A DNA stretch of 64,000 nt from a bacterium (GTDB lineage: Bacteria; Krumholzibacteriota; Krumholzibacteriia; LZORAL124-64-63). Position 1 is the first letter of the stretch. Every line of letters begins with the position of its first letter. The position numbers and the translations under genes are program-made. The DNA lies in contig JAHIYU010000026.1 in NCBI GenBank assembly GCA_018814885.1, positions 30,079-94,078 on the forward strand. The letters are read 5' to 3'. The notes beneath the pieces were generated by a model, which worked only from the letters and a program-made list of their open reading frames with translations, ran no database searches and was not told the origin of the DNA. Shown one piece after another: positions 39,272 to 48,562 of the stretch.

Positions 39272-41916
39272 TAGTCCCCCTCCGCCTCTACCCGCACGTG
39301 CGCCAGTGTGGCGGACGGCACCCACCCGTTCCACTCGCCGCCGAGTGTGACCTGGGACCAGCCTTCGCGCAAGGCCCGCACCTGCAGGGTCAAGCCGTCG
39401 TGCACCTGGAAGACGACGGGGAACGTCGTCTCCGGACCGCTTTGCACGGAAACCTCGGGCACGACCACGACCGCGACGTCCAGCAGACGTTCCTCGTACC
39501 ATAGCCACGAGGCGACCGAGAGAATGGACAACGAGAGCACGCCAGCCGACAGGCCGAGCCGCCTCATGGCGACCGTCCAGCCCGTGCGCCACCACGACCA
39601 GGCGACGACCAGGCACGCCAGCCAGACCGACGCGACCAGAGCGAGACACCACTCGTCCAGGGACAAGGCAACCAGCCCCGCCCGCATCTGCTTTAGCACG
39701 GGCGGCAGCGGCGCACCTTCCAGTTCGATGTCCCGCGTATGGGAGCGGACCCACGCCAGGTTCGCACGAATGTCGGAATCCCGCGGCTTCATCCGCAAGG
39801 CGCGCAGATAGTGCACGACAGCATGGCCCAGCTCTCCCCTTCGCGCATGGGCGTTGCCGAGATTGTAGCAGACGTCGGCATCGTGAGTGACCGCAGCGGC
39901 TGCCTGGAACCTGGCAATCGCCTCCTCGGTCTCGCCGTCGGTGTAGGCCCGCACGCCCTCCGCCATCAAGCGCACCGGATCTTCGCCGCCGGCGAGGGAC
40001 ACGTCCTGCGCCACGGCCGCCGAGCCCTGGATCATGGCAACGGCCAGCATCCACGGGAGCACGCAGCGCAGCACGGCGGTCGGGGTCTTCGCGTCCGCCG
40101 CTTCGAGGTCCTGCAACAGGGACAAGGCTTCTTGCACCATCTCCCCCACATCGAGCGGACCCGTGGTGTCCGCACTGCCATAGCGCACCGCTTCGCAGCG
40201 CCGAACGAGTGCCGTCAGCTTCTCGCCGGTCTCGATACGATCGACAGCTGCCGCGTATGCCACGATCTGGGCCATCTGCATGCTCGCGGCCGAACGACCC
40301 GTCTTGTCGGCCACATATCCCTGCACGGCCTTGATCACCCGCGCGCCATCCACCGCTTCGCCACCGGGCCTCCCGGCTTCGTGCAGCAACGACTTCGCCC
40401 GGCGAAGGGCGCTGCGTCGGCGAGTGCCCAGGGGATCGCGCAGGCGGGACGCTTCCCGCGACAGATGCCAGCGCATCATCCCCAGAAGACCAAGCGGTGC
40501 GAGAAGACTCGCCCACCAGATCGGTCTCGACGCCAGCGGTTCGCTGCGCGTGCGCAGGTTGCGCGAGGCGGGATGCGCGAAGCGCAGGTCGCTCGCGAGA
40601 CGCTCGATCTCCGCCCGCATCGACTGCGCCGGCGTATCGCCGGCCACGGGGCGGTCTCCCTGGACCACGGTGAGGGATCCGACACTCCGAGAAATCTCGG
40701 CGTAGCGCGCCGTGGCCGGATCGAAATACACGATCGTGACGGGCGGTATCTCCAGCTCTCCCTCCTCGAGGGGGATCAGCACCTTCTCCTGGTTCAGGCG
40801 ACTGAAGAGCCTGCCGTGATCCTTCTTGGTCTCCAGACCGCCGCCCGCCTCGTGGACCTGCAGGTTCGCCGGGGCCTTCCACGGCAGGTCGGAGACGCTC
40901 TTGAGCAACCCGTCCGCCCCGAGCGACAGCGACAGGCTCACCGGTTCACCCCGGGGCACGGTATCGCGATCGATGTTCGCGCTCAGATCCACCTGCCGAG
41001 ACACGATGCCGGAAAAATCCGCAGGCGATGGTCGAGGCAGGTCCTGCACGCGAACCTCCAGGGCCTCGGTGGAGAGACGAACCGGTCCAGCGCGCTGGCT
41101 GCGACGTCGTAACGAGAAGAAATCGGCGAAGGGGTCGGTCGGCAGCGTCACGGCCGCGGGCTCGATGGTCAGGACGCCTGGCCGCGTGGGGAACAGGGCG
41201 TAGCGTATCTCGGTGATCTCGTATTGCTGGCCTCCGATGTTCTCCTGATAATTCCGGTTGGGAGGCAGATCTTCGCGCCAGAAGCCCTCGGCCCGCGGCG
41301 GCGTGTACTGTGGCCGGTCGAGACCGCGAGCGTAGGGATTCGCGTAGTACCTGAACACGAGCACCACCTGTTCACCGACATAGGCCATCTCGCGGTCCAG
41401 CGAGAGGGAGACGAAATGGTCGTCACCCGGTCCCGGCTCAGCGGTCTGGCCGCGCACGGCGTCACCGGCGGAATGGTCGCTTGAGTCACCGGACGCGCCC
41501 GGCCGGGACGCACCGCCCTGGACATGGATGGTGACTGCCTCGCTGCCGAGCTGCCGGCCGTCGATCGACACCTGCAGGGCGGGGATCGTCACGTCATCGT
41601 CCGTCACGATGTGGAGGTAATAGGTCCAGGTGACGGAGGTCGACACGGCGCCGTTGATCATCTGGAAGTTCTGGCTCGTGCCGCCCCGGCTCACGACGAC
41701 TCCCGGGATCTCCGGCAGATCCGGCGTCGGCAGGTTGCGGTCGTCGCCGGTGACGGTGATCGTGAGCAGGACCTGATCGCCACGGGATGCCACGTCGCGA
41801 TCGACTTGCGCGGTCAAGTCGGCCGCCATCGCGTGAATGGCGCCGTTCAGGCACAGAAGCATAAGCAACAGGCCGGCGCGAGGTCCGATCCGTTTCCGTG
41901 AAACGACGACTCTCAT
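39271..41916 (-). CDS. batD: BatD-BatE fusion (Bat beta domains + TM + TPR + SH3-like)
   Basis: Signal peptide, SQNFQMING..TWTY, YVGEQV, YALFPTRPG BatD patterns. After a TM, YNLGNAHAR..HYLRALRMKPRDSDIRANL and SVQSGP..VHDG..GWVP are BatE-like. Confidence 0.8.
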   Translation of the reverse strand: MRVVVSRKRIGPRAGLLLMLLCLNGAIHAMAADLTAQVDRDVASRGDQVLLTITVTGDDRNLPTPDLPEIPGVVVSRGGTSQNFQMINGAVSTSVTWTYYLHIVTDDDVTIPALQVSIDGRQLGSEAVTIHVQGGASRPGASGDSSDHSAGDAVRGQTAEPGPGDDHFVSLSLDREMAYVGEQVVLVFRYYANPYARGLDRPQYTPPRAEGFWREDLPPNRNYQENIGGQQYEITEIRYALFPTRPGVLTIEPAAVTLPTDPFADFFSLRRRSQRAGPVRLSTEALEVRVQDLPRPSPADFSGIVSRQVDLSANIDRDTVPRGEPVSLSLSLGADGLLKSVSDLPWKAPANLQVHEAGGGLETKKDHGRLFSRLNQEKVLIPLEEGELEIPPVTIVYFDPATARYAEISRSVGSLTVVQGDRPVAGDTPAQSMRAEIERLASDLRFAHPASRNLRTRSEPLASRPIWWASLLAPLGLLGMMRWHLSREASRLRDPLGTRRRSALRRAKSLLHEAGRPGGEAVDGARVIKAVQGYVADKTGRSAASMQMAQIVAYAAAVDRIETGEKLTALVRRCEAVRYGSADTTGPLDVGEMVQEALSLLQDLEAADAKTPTAVLRCVLPWMLAVAMIQGSAAVAQDVSLAGGEDPVRLMAEGVRAYTDGETEEAIARFQAAAAVTHDADVCYNLGNAHARRGELGHAVVHYLRALRMKPRDSDIRANLAWVRSHTRDIELEGAPLPPVLKQMRAGLVALSLDEWCLALVASVWLACLVVAWSWWRTGWTVAMRRLGLSAGVLSLSILSVASWLWYEERLLDVAVVVVPEVSVQSGPETTFPVVFQVHDGLTLQVRALREGWSQVTLGGEWNGWVPSATLAHVRVEAEGD

Positions 41917-41919
41917 CTT

Positions 41920-43746
41920 CTACCACCGCTTTCCACTGGCGGCCTCCCGGCCCTTGAGCCGTTTCTGCAGGGAACGTCGCAACTCTTCCTCGTCACGATC
42001 CAGGGCCTTCAGGATCGACAACGCCCGTTCCTGCGAAATCTCCTCGGCATCTTCCTGCGCGGATTCCGCGGATTCCGGTGGGGCGTCTTCCGCCTGCTGC
42101 GGCTCGGGTTGGGACTGCTCCTGTCGTTGTCCTTCTTGCTGCTCGCCTGCTTCGCCTTGCTGCTCCTGCTGCTGGCCGTCCTGCTGCTGCTCCCCGTGCT
42201 GGTTCTGCTGGCCATCCTGCGGTTGATCGTCCTGATCGCCCTGCTGGCCATCCTGTGATTCCTGCGATTGCTCTGGCGGGGGTTGTTCGAGCAGGCGCAT
42301 GGCGTATTCCAGGTTGCGCAACGTATCGATGCGCTCGGGCTCGATGTTCAGCGCACGACGCAGCTGTTCCAGGGCGCGGGCCGGATCACCCGCCGCGAGG
42401 GCGTCCGTACCGGCGTTGTAGAGGGCCTCCGCGCGCAGCTCGGGATCATCGGTCAGGGACATCACCCGCGAGAATTCCCGGGCGGCTTCCTCGTGTCGCT
42501 CCAGACGCGACATGGCCTCGCCCACGGCCAGGGCCAGGCGCGGGTCGTCCGGATCCAGGGCACGGGCTTCCAGGAACGCTTCGAGGGCAGTCTCATAATC
42601 GCCTGTCCGGTAGCTTTCGAGGCCGCGTGTGACGGCCGCAGCTCCCGGCGGGGTCAGAACCGCAGCCGTCGCCGGCGCCGGCGCGATCGCCAGCACCAGG
42701 AACGCCAGGCCGAATGCCGGGACCATGGGTGACCTCCTGACCGAACGCGCCCTGACAAGAGTCCGGGCCCACAGGGAAGCGAAGGCCAGGATCAGCGGCC
42801 AGACGAAACGTTCCTCGTACTGGGTGATGTGCCGCCCGTCGAGTTCGCGTTCGCCGAGCCCGGCGACGAGCGCCTGCAGCGTCTCGCTATCCAGGCCCTG
42901 CGCCCCGATGCGAAACACGACACCCTCGCCGTAGTCGGCCAGCCGCTGGAGCGAGGCCAGATCGAGGCGACTCATGACGACGTTGCCCTCTGCGTCCTTC
43001 AGGTAACCCGCCGCTTCCGGCGTGTCCCCCGGCAGCGGGATCAGGCCTCCCGTCTCCTCGCCCACGCCGATGGGGATCACCGTGATGCCCAGTTCCCGGC
43101 AATGCTCCGCGGCATCCTGCCAGCCGCCCTCGAGATCCTCGCCGTCGGTGGCCAGCAGGATGGCGCGGCGGACTCCCGCGGCGCTCTCTCCCGCGCCGCC
43201 GACGAGCAGGTCGGCGCTCACGCTCAGGGCCGATTCCAGCGCGGTGCCCTGGGCCGAGATCATGTCGGGATCGGCCATGCGCAGAAAGAGACGCGCGGTG
43301 CCCAGGTCGAGCGTCAGCGGACATTGCACGAATGCCTGTCCGGCGAAGAGCACCAGGCCGATGCGACCACGGTCGAATGTCTCGAGGAACGTCCCCAATT
43401 CAGCGCGCGCTCTCGCCAGACGGCTGGGCACCACGTCCTCGGCCCGCATGGAATTGGAGATGTCCAGAGCGATCACGACGTCGGTCCCGCGTTGCTGGAC
43501 CACGACCTCGTGCGCGCCCCATTGCGGACGCGCCAGCGCCAGGATCAGCAAGGCGATTCCCGCCAGCAGAAAGAAACGCCGCCATTGCCTGGCCGACGGT
43601 GGCATGTGCTCAACGTGCTCGCCGGCCCGAGGCCCGAGCAGGGCGGCGAGAAGACGGCGCGCCCGGCCGTCTCCCCAGCGCATGAAGAGCCACAGTACCG
43701 GGACCGAGCCCAACAGCAACAGCCATTGTCCGGCGGCGAATCTCAC
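41920..43746 (-). CDS. batB: BatB-BatC fusion (VWA + TPR + Gln-rich tail)
   Basis: ALARPQWG, LDISNSM MIDAS, GLVLFAG, PLTLD, TDGED. After a TM, TPR YNAGT..RNLEY and a Q-rich tail. GTG start. Confidence 0.8.
   Translation of the reverse strand: MRFAAGQWLLLLGSVPVLWLFMRWGDGRARRLLAALLGPRAGEHVEHMPPSARQWRRFFLLAGIALLILALARPQWGAHEVVVQQRGTDVVIALDISNSMRAEDVVPSRLARARAELGTFLETFDRGRIGLVLFAGQAFVQCPLTLDLGTARLFLRMADPDMISAQGTALESALSVSADLLVGGAGESAAGVRRAILLATDGEDLEGGWQDAAEHCRELGITVIPIGVGEETGGLIPLPGDTPEAAGYLKDAEGNVVMSRLDLASLQRLADYGEGVVFRIGAQGLDSETLQALVAGLGERELDGRHITQYEERFVWPLILAFASLWARTLVRARSVRRSPMVPAFGLAFLVLAIAPAPATAAVLTPPGAAAVTRGLESYRTGDYETALEAFLEARALDPDDPRLALAVGEAMSRLERHEEAAREFSRVMSLTDDPELRAEALYNAGTDALAAGDPARALEQLRRALNIEPERIDTLRNLEYAMRLLEQPPPEQSQESQDGQQGDQDDQPQDGQQNQHGEQQQDGQQQEQQGEAGEQQEGQRQEQSQPEPQQAEDAPPESAESAQEDAEEISQERALSILKALDRDEEELRRSLQKRLKGREAASGKRW
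42080..42270 (-). repeat. Gln/Glu-rich low-complexity coding repeat (QDGQQ-like units)
   Basis: Repeated ctgctg/gccatcctg units encoding EQSQESQDGQQGDQDDQPQDGQQNQHGEQQQDGQQQEQQ. Confidence 0.75.
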
Positions 43747-43789
43747 TCTTGTCTCCTTCCCGTCCGGCGGGTGCGCTCCCCGGCCGGTT

Positions 43790-44779
43790 TCAGGGCAATC
43801 GACGCAGCCAAGCCGCGCCGAGCAGGGCGTCGACCAGCAGCAGCAGCAGGGCCGGCGAAGCGAACCAGGCCATGCGCTCCTCGTACCAGGTCGTGACCGT
43901 CGTCCGGTAGCGGCTGGTCTCGAGCGCGTCGATGGTAGCGAAGATCTGCGCCAGGGCCTCCGCATCGACAGCGCGGAAATAGCTGCCCCCCGTCACCTTA
44001 GCGATCTCCTGCAACAGCTCCTCGTCCAGGGGCATCTCCACCATGCGCGTGCGGCCGCTCGCGGCGAACCTGTCGTCGGGAAAGGGCACCAGCCCGTGCT
44101 TGCCGACGCCGACCGTGTAGACCCTCACGCCGAGCGAGCTCGCCAGCTCGGCCGCCGTCTCGGGCTCCAGCGTGGGGACGTTGTTGCTGCCGTCGGTCAG
44201 CAGGATGACCGTACGGCTCGTCGCCTCGGAGTGGCGCAGCCTGTTGACGGCCGTGGCGAGTCCCAGGCCGATGGCCGTACCGTCCTCGATCAAGCCGATC
44301 TGCACCTCGTCCAGGAAGCCGGTCAGGATGGAGCGGTCCAGCGTCAACGGGCACTGGGTGAACGCCCGCGAAGCGAAGACGACCAGACCGATGCGATCCT
44401 CGCCGCGACCGAGCACGAAATCCCTGATGATGGACTTGGCGACCTCGAGACGGTTATCCGGTTGGAAATCAAGGGCTCGCATGCTCCCGCTGATATCCAA
44501 CGCCACGACGATGTCGATGCCCTCCCCCTCCACCTCGTGCAGGTTGTGCACTTCCCGGGGTCGGGCGAGGGCGACCACCAGGAGCAGCAGAACGACCAGA
44601 CGCAGCCATGGCAACAGCGAGCGCATGCGTACGCGCAGACCCGGCCCGGCATCGGCCATGAGCGCCAGGTGGGAATGGCGCAGCACCGCCGTGTCCACCC
44701 GGCGCCTGCGCAGGATGAAGGCGGCCGCGACGACCGGGACCGCCAGGAACAGCACCAGGGGTCGAGCCAGTTCAAACAC
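43790..44779 (-). CDS. batA: BatA VWA-domain protein
   Basis: LARP, DIVVALDISGSM, RIGLVVFA, QCPLTLD, GTAIGLGLATA, LLTDGSNN, GGSYFRA. Confidence 0.9.
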   Translation of the reverse strand: MFELARPLVLFLAVPVVAAAFILRRRRVDTAVLRHSHLALMADAGPGLRVRMRSLLPWLRLVVLLLLVVALARPREVHNLHEVEGEGIDIVVALDISGSMRALDFQPDNRLEVAKSIIRDFVLGRGEDRIGLVVFASRAFTQCPLTLDRSILTGFLDEVQIGLIEDGTAIGLGLATAVNRLRHSEATSRTVILLTDGSNNVPTLEPETAAELASSLGVRVYTVGVGKHGLVPFPDDRFAASGRTRMVEMPLDEELLQEIAKVTGGSYFRAVDAEALAQIFATIDALETSRYRTTVTTWYEERMAWFASPALLLLLVDALLGAAWLRRLP

Positions 44780-45818
44780 GGCCGCCTCCTTCTGGCGCCG
44801 GTACGGCCTGGGGCACGATCTCCCGCAACCTGTCCCAGCTCAGATGTGCCTCGATCTCCAGCTCCGGCGGAACAGGCGTATATCGCGCCATGACGCGCGT
44901 CTCCGCCACCGCGTCGATCACGGCGCGCAACTGTGCGAGACAGACGGAGACGGCGACCTCGTCGGGCGCGAAGCGCAGCAGATCGCAGCGGGACAGGATA
45001 GCGACTGCGCGTGCCGGGATCCACGCGGGATAACGGCGCAATGCGAGCGCCTCCGCGATCTCATCCGGCGTCATCTCCACCGCCTTGATGTGGAAGCGGC
45101 CGGCGAGAAAACGCCTGTAGATCGTGGCCAGCTCGTGCAGGAAAGCCCGGCCCTCCCCCCGGGCGGCCAGGCCGCCGTCCGCGAGATCGCGCAAGGAGAC
45201 GGCCGCAGGCATCCAGGCCGGGGGCGTCAGGAGGTCGCTGAAGCTCGGCTCCGGGTCGCGTCGCCGGCGCAAGCGCAGGATCAGCAACAGCAAGGCGAGG
45301 GCAGCTAGCAGGGCCAGCAGCAGACGCCACCGATACCAGCCGAGGCTCCTCGGATCGCGGAGCGGAGACGGCTGGTCGGTCGGCCCCAGCCTGCCGGTCA
45401 CATGGAAGACCTGCTCGGTCCGGTGACCGTCCCCCCAGGCCAGACGGTAGGGACCCACGCGGCCGAGGCGCAGACTGATGGCCACCTCGGTGCCGTCGGC
45501 CGCCGGTTCGTCCATCTTCTCGGCACCGGTCACCTCGGCCCATGGCGTGCGAGAGATCAGCGAATCGAGCGAGACGTCGCCGGCGGCGGCCGGGAAAGCG
45601 CAGTGCACGATGATCTCGTCGCCGAAGAGGATCGAATCCGGACCGGCGAAACGCAGGCTCGGCACCGGCACGGCGCTCTTCGAGTCCAGCAGCAACGTCG
45701 CGGTATCGGGAGACGCCGCGATCGTGGGGGACGTCAAGCCGCCCGTCTGCGCCTCGCCCCTCCCGGCGCAGCACAGTGTCGCGATCGCGCAGACGACAAT
45801 CCCGTGCAACGGCTTCAT
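44772..45818 (-). CDS. Bat-operon accessory membrane protein (DUF4381-like)
   Basis: Signal peptide, TM WRLLLALLAALALLLLILRLRRRR, helical C-terminus, located between DUF58 and batA. Confidence 0.65.
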   Translation of the reverse strand: MKPLHGIVVCAIATLCCAGRGEAQTGGLTSPTIAASPDTATLLLDSKSAVPVPSLRFAGPDSILFGDEIIVHCAFPAAAGDVSLDSLISRTPWAEVTGAEKMDEPAADGTEVAISLRLGRVGPYRLAWGDGHRTEQVFHVTGRLGPTDQPSPLRDPRSLGWYRWRLLLALLAALALLLLILRLRRRRDPEPSFSDLLTPPAWMPAAVSLRDLADGGLAARGEGRAFLHELATIYRRFLAGRFHIKAVEMTPDEIAEALALRRYPAWIPARAVAILSRCDLLRFAPDEVAVSVCLAQLRAVIDAVAETRVMARYTPVPPELEIEAHLSWDRLREIVPQAVPAPEGGGRV

Positions 45819-46768
45819 AGCCGCCTCCCGGCCCTGCGTACGCGGCGCATGAAGAATCGTCGCAGTGGGTCCACGTATGATGAAGTGATATCGACATCTA
45901 TGATATCCACGCGCGAGCGCCGGAACAGATCCTGCAATGCATGATCGTGACGTGCGGCGCTCGCCGTGAGCGAATCGTGAACGGAGACCCGCGACGTGTC
46001 CACGAGCATTTCGCGCCCCGTCTCGGCGTCCGCCCAGCGCACCAGACCGCACCAGGCCAGAGCCGTCTCCCGTGGATCCCGCACCCTCACGGCGACCAGA
46101 TCGTGACGGCGCGAGACGATCTGCAGGGGACGATCGAAATCACCGGTCCAGAAATCGGACACCAGGAAGACGGTCGCCTTGCGCTTCAGCACCGAGCCGA
46201 GCAGCTCCAGCGGCGCCGACAGGTCCGTGCCCGCGCCCTCCGCCTCGGCCGCCAGCAGTTCCCGTATGATGCGCAGGACGTGCCCGCGTCCCCGGGCGGG
46301 CGGGATATAGAGCTCGACGCGGTCCGAGAAGAGGACCAGCCCGACCTTGTCGCGGTTGGCGGTGGCGGCCAGCGCCAGCACGCCGCACAGTTCCGCGGCC
46401 ACTTCCAGGCGCATCCGTTCACCCGAGCCGAAGCGGCCGGACCGGCTCACGTCCACCGCCAGCATGACCGTCAATTCGCGTTCCTCGTCGAACTGCTTGA
46501 CGTAGGGTGCGTCCGCCCGTGCGGTGACGTTCCAGTCGATGGCGCGCACGTCGTCGCCGGGAACGTATTCCCTCACCTCGCGGAACTCCACGCCGCGTCC
46601 CTTGAACACGGAGTGGTATTCGCCGGAAAACGTCTCGTCGACCAGGCGACGGGCACGGATCTCGATCCGGCGCACGGCCTCGAGCATCTCGGGCGTGATC
46701 GCGCAGCGGCCGCCGGGAAGCGCCCGCTCGCCGCCTGTATCCTGCGGGCGTCTAAGGAACTTCCACAT
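45815..46768 (-). CDS. DUF58 family protein
   Basis: GEYHSVFKGRGVEFREVREYVPGDDVRAIDWNVTAR, DVSRS, VSDF. Confidence 0.93.
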   Translation of the reverse strand: MWKFLRRPQDTGGERALPGGRCAITPEMLEAVRRIEIRARRLVDETFSGEYHSVFKGRGVEFREVREYVPGDDVRAIDWNVTARADAPYVKQFDEERELTVMLAVDVSRSGRFGSGERMRLEVAAELCGVLALAATANRDKVGLVLFSDRVELYIPPARGRGHVLRIIRELLAAEAEGAGTDLSAPLELLGSVLKRKATVFLVSDFWTGDFDRPLQIVSRRHDLVAVRVRDPRETALAWCGLVRWADAETGREMLVDTSRVSVHDSLTASAARHDHALQDLFRRSRVDIIDVDITSSYVDPLRRFFMRRVRRAGRRL

Positions 46769-47732
46769 GGTCGAGTAGGCGGTCTATGATTTCGTCGCTG
46801 GTGAGTCGCTCCGCCTCGGCTTCGTAGGTGATCAGGATGCGATGACGCAGTGCCGCATGGGCCGTCGTCTTGACGTCTTCCGGCACCACGAAAGATCTGC
46901 CCGCCAGCAGGGCTCGCGCTCTGGACGCCTGCGTCAGGGCCAGAGTGGCCCTTGGCGACGCTCCATAAGCTATCAGATGCGCCGCATCCAGGCCGTAGGC
47001 CGCGGGTTCCCGCGTGGCGAAGACGAGATCCAGGACGTAGTCCTTGACCTTCTCGTCCACGAACACGCCGTTCACGACGCCACGCAGCGCACGGATCTCC
47101 TCCGGTCCCAGTACCGGATTGACGCGCGGCGGGATTCTGCCGGCCATGCGCTCGAGAATGATCCGCTCCTCGTCGCGGGACGGATATCCCACCTGGAGCT
47201 TGAGCAGGAAGCGGTCGACCTGCGCTTCGGGCAGCGGGTACGTCCCCTCCTGCTCGATGGGATTCTGGGTGGCGAGCACCAGGAAAGGATCGTCCATGGC
47301 GAAGGTCTCTTGGCCGATGGTGACCTGTCGCTCCTGCATGGCTTCGAGCAGGGCGCTCTGCACCTTGGCCGGCGCGCGGTTGATCTCGTCGGCGAGCACG
47401 ATGTTGCTGAAGATGGGTCCCTTCTTGACCGTGAAGGATCCGGTCTCGTGCTGGTAGATGGTGGTGCCGATGATGTCCGCGGGCAAGAGGTCGGGCGTGA
47501 ACTGGATGCGCTGGAAGCCCGTGTCCAGCACTCCGGCGAGGGTCTGCACCGCCAGGGTCTTGGCCAGGCCCGGTACGCCCTCCAGCAGGACGTGGCCGCC
47601 GGTCAGCAGACCGAGCAGCAGCCCCTCCAGCATCCGACGCTGTCCCACGACGACCTTGCCAACCTCGGCCAGCACAGCCTCCAACCGCTGTGACGCCTCC
47701 TCGACGCGTGCTATGTCCAGGCTCTCGGTCAC
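46752..47732 (-). CDS. moxR: MoxR family AAA+ ATPase
   Basis: LEGVPGLAKT, RIQFTPDLLPADIIG, LADEINRAPAKVQSALLEAM, TQNPIEQEGTYPLPEAQVDRF. GTG start at 47732. Confidence 0.95.
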   Translation of the reverse strand: MTESLDIARVEEASQRLEAVLAEVGKVVVGQRRMLEGLLLGLLTGGHVLLEGVPGLAKTLAVQTLAGVLDTGFQRIQFTPDLLPADIIGTTIYQHETGSFTVKKGPIFSNIVLADEINRAPAKVQSALLEAMQERQVTIGQETFAMDDPFLVLATQNPIEQEGTYPLPEAQVDRFLLKLQVGYPSRDEERIILERMAGRIPPRVNPVLGPEEIRALRGVVNGVFVDEKVKDYVLDLVFATREPAAYGLDAAHLIAYGASPRATLALTQASRARALLAGRSFVVPEDVKTTAHAALRHRILITYEAEAERLTSDEIIDRLLDHVEVP

Positions 47733-47959
47733 TGATCCGTTCTCCTTGCTGAAGTCAGAAGATTCCCAGCCGGCTTGTTTCCCAGCCTGCCAACGACACG
47801 GCGCGCTTGTACACGACACGTACGTCCCGGTTCCGACTGTGGGTACACGTCCAGGTCCAGTAGGGTAAGTGATGGATTTGAACTTGCCAAGTGATTGGAA
47901 AAGGCGTTGTATGGTCCCATCGAATCCGGCACAACGACTTCGAGTACGGGGAGACGGCC

Positions 47960-48241
47960 GTGCGACTGTCACCGAACAAGATAGATTTCCTGGCGGAGAA
48001 GGTGCTCGAGATGATCGAGCGCGCGCCGGAAATCCACATTCAGACCAATTCCGACCTCGTCTATCGTGTCATCGCCGACACCTTCTTCGACGACATGCGC
48101 GCCGAAGAGGACCTGGAGGCCGAGGTCGACGAGCTGCTCAAGGAACATCGCGGCGAGATCCAGGCCATGGACATGGACTACGGCGCGTTGCGGGCCAAGA
48201 TGAAGCGCGAGATCGCCAAGAAGCGCGGCTTCACCCTCTGA
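47960..48241 (+). CDS. DUF507-like protein
   Basis: VRLSPNKIDFLAEK..EEDLEAEVDELL..KMKREIAKKRGFTL. Confidence 0.7.
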   Translation: MRLSPNKIDFLAEKVLEMIERAPEIHIQTNSDLVYRVIADTFFDDMRAEEDLEAEVDELLKEHRGEIQAMDMDYGALRAKMKREIAKKRGFTL

Positions 48242-48265
48242 CCGGAGATGTCGGGAGACCAGGAC

Positions 48266-48550
48266 ATGAGGCTTTCCGAAGAACGCATCCAGAAGATCGC
48301 CGTCCAGATCGCCGACACGTTGCTCGACGAGGAGCACGTGGATCTGGTGATCGCAGAAGACCGTTTCACCCATCTGATCGAGAGCAAGATCACCGAGTTG
48401 TTGCGCGTCGAGGACGAGATCGACGAGGAAGCCGCCGCCTGGATTCATCTGAACAAGTCCTACCTGGAGGACGGAACTCCTGAATTCGAAGTCGAGCTCG
48501 AAAAGGTCAAGAAGAACCTGGCGGACTCCAAGGGATACGTTCTCTACTGA
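48266..48550 (+). CDS. DUF507-like protein (tandem paralog)
   Basis: MRLSEERIQKIA..EDEIDEEA..KVKKNLADSKGYVLY, with the same layout as the upstream gene. Confidence 0.65.
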   Translation: MRLSEERIQKIAVQIADTLLDEEHVDLVIAEDRFTHLIESKITELLRVEDEIDEEAAAWIHLNKSYLEDGTPEFEVELEKVKKNLADSKGYVLY

Positions 48551-48562
48551 TCCGGAAGCTCC

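Noticed and set aside
37256-40882. 1208-aa ORF in the track
   Set aside because: Its 5' half is an off-frame shadow of batD. The real gene starts at GTG 39271.
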